The notes under the pieces: generated by a model | The model's input: only the letters and a program-made list of their open reading frames with translations | Database searches by the model: none | Told to the model about the DNA's origin: nothing | Program-made: the position numbers and the translations under genes | In this document: one piece after another, positions 57,050-64,000 of the stretch | How positions within the stretch are numbered: position 1 is the first letter of the stretch | How the letters are laid out: each line of letters opens with the position of its first letter | Assembly: GCA_965217585.1 (NCBI GenBank) | Contig: OZ244561.1 | Coordinates: 6,368,001 to 6,432,000 of the forward strand | Length of the DNA stretch: 64,000 nucleotides | Origin: Candidatus Latescibacterota bacterium | GTDB taxonomy: Bacteria; Latescibacterota; UBA2968; UBA8231 | Direction of reading: 5' to 3'

Positions 57050-58000
57050 CTAGCCCTCCCACTCAATCAAGCGGCTCACTGATTCGCCGTGGTGAATGGC
57101 TTTGATCGCATCCCCCAACAACCGGGCGACGCTCAACACGGCGATTTTGCGCCTCGGCTTGCCCGTGGGTAAGGGAATGGTATTCGTGGTGGCGAACGCC
57201 TCCACCGAGGAAGCATCGATCCTCTCTAGGGCGTGCCCGGAAAAAACGCCGTGCGTACAGCCGGCCAGTATTCGGCGCGCGCCCTTTTCTTTGAGGACCC
57301 GTATCGACTCCATCATGGACCCCCCTGTCAGCACCTCTTCGTCGAAGAGCAAGGCGTCGCGGCCTTCGACCTCGCCGATCATGTTTTTGATTTCGGCCTT
57401 TTCGTCGTCCGCGTGGCGGCGCTTGTCCATAATGGCCAGCGGCAAGCCGAGCCGGCGCGCATACGCGCTGGCTTCATCGGCACCCCCCACGTCGGGCGAC
57501 ACCACCACGGCGTTGCTGAGATCTTTCATCCGCATAAAATTGCACAGCAGGCTCGTAGCCCACAGTTGGTCAACCGGAATGCGTGAGAACGCCACGATTT
57601 GCGGGCTGTGCAAGGTAATGGTCAAGATCCGGTCGGCCCCGGCCGCTTGGAGTAAGTCGGCGACGAGGCGGGCGCTAATAGAAATGCGGGGTTCGTCCTT
57701 TTTGTCGGCGCGCACATAAGGATAATAGGGTAGTACGGCCGTAATCCGGCGCGACGACGCGTACTTAAGTGCGTCGATTAGCAGCAGGAGTTCAACAAAA
57801 TGATGGTTGACCGGGGATGCTGACGTCTGGATGACGAAGACGTCGTCTTCGCGCACGTTTTCCTCAATTTTAACCTTTATATTGTCGTTGGGCTCGCGGA
57901 CGATCTGGCGGCGAGTGGGCACAATGGCCAAGTAATCACATATTTCCTGGGCCAGTTCTGGATTGCTCGAACCCGACAATATTTTCAGGTGATTTTTCAT
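57050..58000 (-). CDS. prs: ribose-phosphate pyrophosphokinase
   Basis: ENVREDDV, PYVRADKK, VVSPDVGG, DKRR, THGVFS, TNTIP. Confidence 0.92.
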   Translation of the reverse strand: MKNHLKILSGSSNPELAQEICDYLAIVPTRRQIVREPNDNIKVKIEENVREDDVFVIQTSASPVNHHFVELLLLIDALKYASSRRITAVLPYYPYVRADKKDEPRISISARLVADLLQAAGADRILTITLHSPQIVAFSRIPVDQLWATSLLCNFMRMKDLSNAVVVSPDVGGADEASAYARRLGLPLAIMDKRRHADDEKAEIKNMIGEVEGRDALLFDEEVLTGGSMMESIRVLKEKGARRILAGCTHGVFSGHALERIDASSVEAFATTNTIPLPTGKPRRKIAVLSVARLLGDAIKAIHHGESVSRLIEWEG

Positions 58001-58057
58001 GCTCTAATCCCAATTGTAACATTAAAGACCGGCCCAAACTAAGGCAAGAGGGCCGCC

Positions 58058-58086
58058 TTGACAGCCTGTTGGTCCAAAACTAACTT
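58058..58086 (+). promoter_or_regulatory. sigma70-like promoter of the TA pair
   Basis: TTGACA, 17 bp, TAACTT. Confidence 0.5.
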
Positions 58087-58129
58087 GGCGACTTTACGCC
58101 CGCTTGTCAGACGTAACGAAAGGGGCTTT

Positions 58130-58387
58130 ATGGCGCGCGTAAATATCATGCTGCCGGACGATCTGCTCGAACGCATCGATCAAGTTGCGCAGCAGGAGGG
58201 TGTAAGCCGCAGCAAACTCCTGCGTTTGGCCTTTATGGCGTACTGCCAACAAAGGGAAGCAACATACGAGTCCCAGCAGAAACAGGCGGCTATCGAACAC
58301 GGAATGACGCTCCAAGACAGTCTGCGCCAAAAGGCACTGCCTTGGGATCCGCTCAAGATACTGCGCACGGAACGGCAAGCGCGGTGA
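58130..58387 (+). CDS. ribbon-helix-helix (CopG-like) antitoxin
   Basis: RVNIMLPDDLLERID...SRSKLLR; overlaps the PIN gene (GTGA). Confidence 0.8.
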   Translation: MARVNIMLPDDLLERIDQVAQQEGVSRSKLLRLAFMAYCQQREATYESQQKQAAIEHGMTLQDSLRQKALPWDPLKILRTERQAR

Positions 58388-58812
58388 TCCGCTACGCGCT
58401 AGATACCTCCGTTATGCTGAGGTGGTTTTCTCCAGTGCACGAGGTGGATTCCCACAAGGCCCTTGGACTTCGCCAAGAGCAGCTAGCGGAAAGGGTCGAG
58501 CTAACCGTGCTCGACCAATCTATATACGAGCTAGCCCATGTCCTCAAGGAAAGCCAGCAATTCGAGCGGACCCATATAGACGACGCCTTGGCCAGCTTGG
58601 AGTACATGCACTTGGATATCGTGCCCTACAACCCCGAAATTACCCGCAAAGCCACGCAAATCGCCTTTGAGCATTCCATCAGCATGTACGCCGCCGGTTT
58701 CATTGCCTTAGGTGCCCATCTCCGCTGCCAAGCCGTGACCAGCGACAGCGACCTGTACCGCAAAGTCGCTTCCCTGCCTTGGACCGTGCTTTTGGCCGAC
58801 TTGAACTTCTGA
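58384..58812 (+). CDS. PIN-domain (VapC-like) toxin
   Basis: ALDTSV..RW, IYEL, VTSD. Confidence 0.8.
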   Translation: MIRYALDTSVMLRWFSPVHEVDSHKALGLRQEQLAERVELTVLDQSIYELAHVLKESQQFERTHIDDALASLEYMHLDIVPYNPEITRKATQIAFEHSISMYAAGFIALGAHLRCQAVTSDSDLYRKVASLPWTVLLADLNF

Positions 58813-58816
58813 TCCC

Positions 58817-60004
58817 TTAGACCTCCGCAAGCGCCCTCTCTATATCGCCGACGAGCTCAGCGGCGTCCTCGATGCCCACTGCATAGCGCACCAATTGGTC
58901 GGTGATGCCGATGGCCAGCCGCTCCCTCCGGCTCAAATCGTAATAGGAAACGGTCGCCGGATGCGAGACCAGCGTCTCCACCCCCCCTAAACTCGGCGCG
59001 ATATAAGGCACGGCTAGACGATGGACAAAATTCCGCGTCTGCTCGAGGGTGCCGTCGATGTCAAAGCTGATCAGCCCGCCAAAACCGCGCATTTGCTCTT
59101 TGGCGACGCGGTGATCGACGTGGCTTTCGAGGCCCGGGTAAAAGACCTGGCGAACCTTGGGATGAGCTGCTAGGAACCGGGCTACCGTCAGGGCTGTATC
59201 GTTTTGCCGCAGAACACGTAATGCGAGTGTCTTTAATCCTCGGATCAATAAATACGAGGTATTGGGGTCAACGATCCCGCCGGTGATTCGTTGGTATTCG
59301 CCAATGGCCTCGACTAAAGGAGCCTTGCCGCAGACTACACCCGCCATCAGATCGTTGTGCCCGCCGAGGTATTTGGTGGCACTGTGGATGACCAGATCAA
59401 CCCCGAAATCGAGCGGCCTTTGATTAACCGGCGTAGCCAAGGTGCTGTCGATGAGAACCTTGAGACGTCGCTGTTTGGCAAAAGCGACGAGCTGTTCCAA
59501 GTCGAGGACGTGCAGGTGGGGATTGGTCGGGGACTCAGTAAAGAGCAAGCGGGTCTCCGGGCGCACCGCAGCCGCCAACGCATCCATATCACCGGGTTTA
59601 ACTAGGGTGGATTCAATACCGAATCTGGCCAAGACCTCGCAGAACTTGGCCGTCATGCGATAGCAGTCTTCCATGAGCACCAAGTGTTGCCCACTGCGCA
59701 GCATCGCATAGAGCACCGAGGTAATCGCGCTCATGCCCGACGGAAAGAGCAAGGCGGCTTCGGCATTTTCCAAGGCGGCTATTCTGCGTTCGGCTGCTCG
59801 CTGGGTCGGATTGCCATAGCGCCCGTATTCATAGAGCGATTTTTCTCCCGCCTTAAAGGCGGCAAATTCATCTAGATCGGCAAAAGTATAGGTGGCCGTC
59901 TGGGCAATGGGGTCGATGAGGGACTGGGCAAACTTATCTCGTTCCACTCCCCCGTGTACGGAACGGGTCGATTCGCCTGCAAAACCATCGTCGGTGCGGT
60001 TCAT
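58817..60004 (-). CDS. cystathionine gamma-synthase/lyase-family PLP enzyme
   Basis: YGRYGNPT, SGMSAI, ESPTNP, HSATKYLGGHND, SLGGVETL, VGIED. Confidence 0.92.
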   Translation of the reverse strand: MNRTDDGFAGESTRSVHGGVERDKFAQSLIDPIAQTATYTFADLDEFAAFKAGEKSLYEYGRYGNPTQRAAERRIAALENAEAALLFPSGMSAITSVLYAMLRSGQHLVLMEDCYRMTAKFCEVLARFGIESTLVKPGDMDALAAAVRPETRLLFTESPTNPHLHVLDLEQLVAFAKQRRLKVLIDSTLATPVNQRPLDFGVDLVIHSATKYLGGHNDLMAGVVCGKAPLVEAIGEYQRITGGIVDPNTSYLLIRGLKTLALRVLRQNDTALTVARFLAAHPKVRQVFYPGLESHVDHRVAKEQMRGFGGLISFDIDGTLEQTRNFVHRLAVPYIAPSLGGVETLVSHPATVSYYDLSRRERLAIGITDQLVRYAVGIEDAAELVGDIERALAEV

Positions 60005-60017
60005 TGTGTTTGCTCTT

Positions 60018-61382
60018 TCAGTGGCGGGCACTGGCCAGCGTCCGCTGCTCTACGGCCTCGAGGACGGCCCGATGCACGGCCTCGTATTCAGCTTCGACCT
60101 CAATGGGCAGATTGCGATGCCTAGGCTCAACGTGGAACTCTCGCAATTGGTCTTCGTGGTATTTCACTTTGAAATCTGGAAACTTCAGTCCGTGCGCCGT
60201 GGATATTACGATCACCCGACTCTTGGGATCGACGTGCCCGGCTGCGATCATTTTGCTTAGAGCTGCTAAGGCGACGCCCGTGTGCGGACAGGTGAACAGC
60301 CCATTGTGGTCGGCCCTTGCACAGGCGTTGGCCAATTCGTCTTCCGTGGCCTCTTCGACGATGCCGTCGAAGTGCTGCAAGGTGCGAACGGCCCGCTCCC
60401 TGCTTACGGGGTTGCCGATCTTTATGGCACTGGCTAAGGTGTCGCGGGCCGTTTGCGGCTCAAAGGTGCGGAACCCGTCGAGATAACTGCGATAGAGCGG
60501 ATTGGCCTGGGCTGCTTGGGCGACGGCAAGGCGCGGCAGCTTGTCTATAAGCCCCATCTTCTTGCCCTCGATAAACCCTTTCCCCAAAGCACTAACGTTG
60601 CCCAGATTGCCGCCCGGGATAATGACCCAATCGGGGACCTCCCAGTGAAATTGCTGTAACAACTCAATCGCTATGGTCTTCTGCCCTTCAATGCGGAGTG
60701 AATTCATCGAGTTGGCCAGATAGATGTGGTCGCGGCGACAGATTTCCTGCACCAAGGCCATGCACCCGTCGAAATCGGTGCGCAGGGCGAGCGTCAGCGC
60801 GCCGTTGGCTATGGGCTGGATGAGTTGGGCGGTGGAGATCATATTTTTGGGCAACAACACGATCGCCGGAATGCCGGCGGCTGCGCAATACGCGGCCAAC
60901 GCCGCCGAAGTGTCCCCGGTTGAGGCGCAGGCTACCGCGGGTATAAACTGGCCCTCGGCAATCATCTGGTTGACCATGGAAACCAATACGGTCATGCCCA
61001 GGTCCTTAAACGAACCCGTATGACTATTACCGCACTGCTTGATCCACAGATCCTCCATGCCCAGTTCGGCACCCAAGCGCTCGGCCCACAGCAGATTGCT
61101 CCCCCCCTCGTACATAGAGACCACGTTCTCGTCTTCGACGAGAGGGCAAACCATCTCTTTTTTGCCCCAAACCGAACTCCCATACGGATGCACCGAACTC
61201 ATGTAGCGCTGATCAAATAGCGTCCTCCACTCGCCGCCCGAGCGCCGCTGTAAGGTTTCCATATCGTGGCGTACTTCGAGCAGCCCCCCACATTTTTGAC
61301 AGTGATAGACTATTTCGTTTAGCGGATAGCGCTCGTCGTCGCAATCGATACACTGGAACCAGGCATTATAGGAATAGGGCAT
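60018..61382 (-). CDS. thrC: threonine synthase
   Basis: [49 protein letters not shown]. Confidence 0.95.
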   Translation of the reverse strand: MPYSYNAWFQCIDCDDERYPLNEIVYHCQKCGGLLEVRHDMETLQRRSGGEWRTLFDQRYMSSVHPYGSSVWGKKEMVCPLVEDENVVSMYEGGSNLLWAERLGAELGMEDLWIKQCGNSHTGSFKDLGMTVLVSMVNQMIAEGQFIPAVACASTGDTSAALAAYCAAAGIPAIVLLPKNMISTAQLIQPIANGALTLALRTDFDGCMALVQEICRRDHIYLANSMNSLRIEGQKTIAIELLQQFHWEVPDWVIIPGGNLGNVSALGKGFIEGKKMGLIDKLPRLAVAQAAQANPLYRSYLDGFRTFEPQTARDTLASAIKIGNPVSRERAVRTLQHFDGIVEEATEDELANACARADHNGLFTCPHTGVALAALSKMIAAGHVDPKSRVIVISTAHGLKFPDFKVKYHEDQLREFHVEPRHRNLPIEVEAEYEAVHRAVLEAVEQRTLASARH

Positions 61383-61417
61383 GCCAACTCGCTCTATTGG
61401 GGTGAATCAGGGCTTGT

Positions 61418-61888
61418 TCAGCCAAAAAGGGCATCTATTTCGTCCTCGTTTTTCGACTCTTCTTCATCGCTTGCCGGTTTGCTTGCCTCCTCTTGCTCGT
61501 CGCCGTGCAAGGCCTCAATGTTTTCCTCGGCGTCGGCATGGGTGTCATCGGACTCGGGTGCGGCGATTTCTCCTACGACTTCCGCATCGCTCTCTGCTGT
61601 GATAAAACCTTCGTCTTCGACTTCCCGCTGTAGAAGCGCCTGTGCCAATTCCACAAAATTTTCTTGGACACCCTCCCCTGCAGCGAGTGCTGGGGCATTT
61701 TGGCGCACGAATTCGACGACGTGATCCATCCCGGGAAAGGCATCGTCAAAAACCGTCAAATAGGCTCTTATTTTCTCGTCCTGTATCTGGTTCTTGACGT
61801 AATCGAGCCATGAATTTCCAAACAGCTTGGCCAGCGACTCCAAGGCTTCGAGCCGCTCCGCCACGTCGCGCAAGTCATCCGCGTTCAT
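61418..61888 (-). CDS. hypothetical protein with acidic C-terminal tail
   Basis: Open frame with plausible RBS; ends DEIDALFG. Confidence 0.6.
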   Translation of the reverse strand: MNADDLRDVAERLEALESLAKLFGNSWLDYVKNQIQDEKIRAYLTVFDDAFPGMDHVVEFVRQNAPALAAGEGVQENFVELAQALLQREVEDEGFITAESDAEVVGEIAAPESDDTHADAEENIEALHGDEQEEASKPASDEEESKNEDEIDALFG

Positions 61889-62053
61889 CCTTGCTGCCTC
61901 TGGAGATATTGAACATCGAAAAAAATATTACTAATGTGGAACCCCGCTCTTTTCGGGGAGTTTAATCTATGCGAGCCATTCCGGTCATGGTTCGTATCCC
62001 TCCCAAGCGGTCAGGCGCATCCAAGGATGCCCTGGCCGCTACTTTTTCATTTT

Positions 62054-63052
62054 TTAGTTCAATCTCTGCACTACGATATAGCCCATGGGTACTTCCACGA
62101 TTGGACTCAGTTCCCCAACCTTCAGTTTCACTACGACTTCCTCAATTTCGGGCATGAGCTCACCCAGGCCAAAAAACCCCAAATCCCCGCCTTGATTGGC
62201 GTTGGGCGCAATGGAGAGCTGCTGCGCTAGCTGGGAAAAATCGGCTCCTTGAGCCATTTTTTCGAGGACTTTGAGTGCGGACGCTTCTGTTTCGACCAAT
62301 ATGTAGCGCGCCCGCATCTCACCGGCCATAATCGCCTGCACCTCTTCGATTTTGGCCGAGATCGCCTGGGCTAGGTAGGGATCCTGCGCCCGATCTTTAG
62401 CCAATTTGTAGTACTCGAGCGCTTCGGGATAGCGCTCGGCTCCGGCGAGGAGGAACGCGATGTTGTTGTAGGCTTCGACATTCTCCGGCGATAATTCCGC
62501 CAACTTTTGATAGTATTCAATGGCTCGATTTACCGAGTCCTTTTGCGCGTAGTAATACCCATATAGGCGATAGGCTTCCGAGTTTTTGTCGTCCAGTGCC
62601 AAGGCCCGGTCGAGGCGTTCGCACGCCCTTTCGCTATGCCCGGCCTGCATGTAGAGATAACCGAGGGTGCTGTGGACTTTAGTTGAGGAAGGGGCTAGAA
62701 TACTCGCTTGTTCAATGTAAAAAATAGAAGAATCTAGCTGGCCCATCGCCAAAAAGGCATCCCCCAACGCCGAATATACAGGTAGCTGCCTAGGGTCTTC
62801 TGCGAGCGATTGTTGCAGCGATTCGGCCGCCTGCTTATAGCCGCCGGTCTGCATGTAGAGGCTGGCCAAGCGATTGAGAAACATCGCGCTGCCAGCGCCC
62901 AGTTCGCGGGCCTTTTCGTATTCGGCTAACGCCAGCTTAGGCTGCCCTTGCTCCAATAGCGCATCTCCGCGCTGGACCGCCTCGACGATGTCTTGGCCGC
63001 TCGCCGGAGTTGCTATCCCTATTACAGCGGCGATCAGTCCTATAAACCTCAT
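62054..63052 (-). CDS. secreted TPR protein with C-terminal parvulin (PpiC) domain
   Basis: Signal peptide, multiple TPRs, RARYILV...GGDLGFF...SPIVEVPMGY. Confidence 0.85.
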   Translation of the reverse strand: MRFIGLIAAVIGIATPASGQDIVEAVQRGDALLEQGQPKLALAEYEKARELGAGSAMFLNRLASLYMQTGGYKQAAESLQQSLAEDPRQLPVYSALGDAFLAMGQLDSSIFYIEQASILAPSSTKVHSTLGYLYMQAGHSERACERLDRALALDDKNSEAYRLYGYYYAQKDSVNRAIEYYQKLAELSPENVEAYNNIAFLLAGAERYPEALEYYKLAKDRAQDPYLAQAISAKIEEVQAIMAGEMRARYILVETEASALKVLEKMAQGADFSQLAQQLSIAPNANQGGDLGFFGLGELMPEIEEVVVKLKVGELSPIVEVPMGYIVVQRLN

Positions 63053-63075
63053 ACTCCCTCACATCGCGTACTGAG

Positions 63076-63798
63076 CTAGCGCAGTTGGCGCAGGACTTCC
63101 TCGGTAATCCGCTCGACTAGATCGCTTTCTCCGGCCGGCTCACAGGACGGCCGATCTCCAATCCCAAAGCGCTTCCTCAGGTTCGTGAGATCTTCTACAT
63201 CTTTACCCCCAAGCGTGCGTATCCCGCCGAGTTGGTGCGCCACCAAGGCGATTTGGGCAAAGTGTTCGACGGTCTCCATCTTGAAATGGGCGTCCATGAC
63301 GTGTTGGCCCACGGTTACCACCCCGTGATTGGCCATTAGAACGGCGTCGTATTGTCGCAAAAGTGGCTTCATCGGCTCGACGATATCAGGGCCGCCGGGC
63401 GTGCCGTAGTCCGCCAGCGGAACGCCCCCGAGGCTGACGATCACTTCGGGCAACACGCACTGAGTCAGCTCAATGCCAGCGACGGCAAAACCGGTCGCTG
63501 TCGGCGGATGCGCATGGACGACGGCGCGGACATCGGACCGCAACTTGTAGATTTCGAGGTGCATGCGGATTTCCGACGATATTTTCATCGCGCCCGCTAC
63601 TTGCCGGCCCTCCATACTGCAGGTGGCCAGCATGTCTGCACTCAGATAGCCCTTGCTCACCCCAGTCGGCGTACACAGCACTAGGTCGTCCTCTATGCGG
63701 ACGCTGATATTGCCGTCATTGGCCGCTACGTACCCGCGCTGATAGACCCTGTGCCCTACTTCGCATATTTCTTTTTTAATCGCATACGCCGAATTCAT
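63076..63798 (-). CDS. class II aldolase/adducin-family protein
   Basis: NDGNISVR, TPTGVSK, SSEIRMH, VHAHP, ANHG. Confidence 0.92.
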   Translation of the reverse strand: MNSAYAIKKEICEVGHRVYQRGYVAANDGNISVRIEDDLVLCTPTGVSKGYLSADMLATCSMEGRQVAGAMKISSEIRMHLEIYKLRSDVRAVVHAHPPTATGFAVAGIELTQCVLPEVIVSLGGVPLADYGTPGGPDIVEPMKPLLRQYDAVLMANHGVVTVGQHVMDAHFKMETVEHFAQIALVAHQLGGIRTLGGKDVEDLTNLRKRFGIGDRPSCEPAGESDLVERITEEVLRQLR

Positions 63799-64000
63799 AA
63801 GGCGACCTTTCCCATCGTCCGCAGTCGGCGGCTACCAATCCACAGCCATCCCAAGCCAGCCGGCAAGCACACATTAGAGGCAAAAATCAGGATGCTGGCC
63901 ACAAAAGCGGGTTGCGGCTCTAAGCCGAGGCTGCTAAATACCAAGATGGCCGCCGCCTCGCGGACCCCTAGATCCAAAAACCCCAAGGGCAACAAGGTTT
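63795..64000 (-). CDS. lysylphosphatidylglycerol-synthase-like membrane protein (3' end only)
   Basis: LGVREAA motif plus TM segments; 5' part lies outside the window. Confidence 0.65.
   Translation of the reverse strand, partial: TLLPLGFLDLGVREAAAILVFSSLGLEPQPAFVASILIFASNVCLPAGLGWLWIGSRRLRTMGKVAL

Noticed and set aside
121-63684. Numerous overlapping or antisense ORFs in the six-frame track (e.g. 3210-4214, 24457-25305, 36398-37384, 42286-43122)
   Set aside because: Shadow frames of well-supported genes in GC-rich DNA, with no recognisable motifs.

Overview
GC-rich bacterial chromosomal segment made up mostly of housekeeping genes: clpP, coaE, gcvT/gcvP, gmd, hemL, murQ, valS, rqcH, split miaA, tRNA-Gly(CCC), der, rimP-nusA-infB-rbfA-truB-rpsO-pnp, asnS, leuS, mutL, hprK, rsgA, apt, two prs paralogs and thrC. 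An accessory island lies at about 13.7-21.0 kb. The protein styles suggest an FCB-group organism such as Latescibacterota or Gemmatimonadota (inference only). Most notable unexplained structure: (1) five AT-rich 28-bp dif/XerCD-like sites (11-6-11) sit exactly at gene junctions between 29.9 and 56.9 kb. All point toward the spot where gene orientation flips, next to a non-XerCD tyrosine recombinase with its own palindromic site. (2) Two families of 20-33-bp palindromic elements are inserted inside core coding genes, and one copy coincides with the miaA frameshift. (3) A large modular secreted protein ends in what looks like a diversity-generating-retroelement variable region, with no RT or template repeat in the window. 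All calls come from reading the sequence by eye; no database searches were run.
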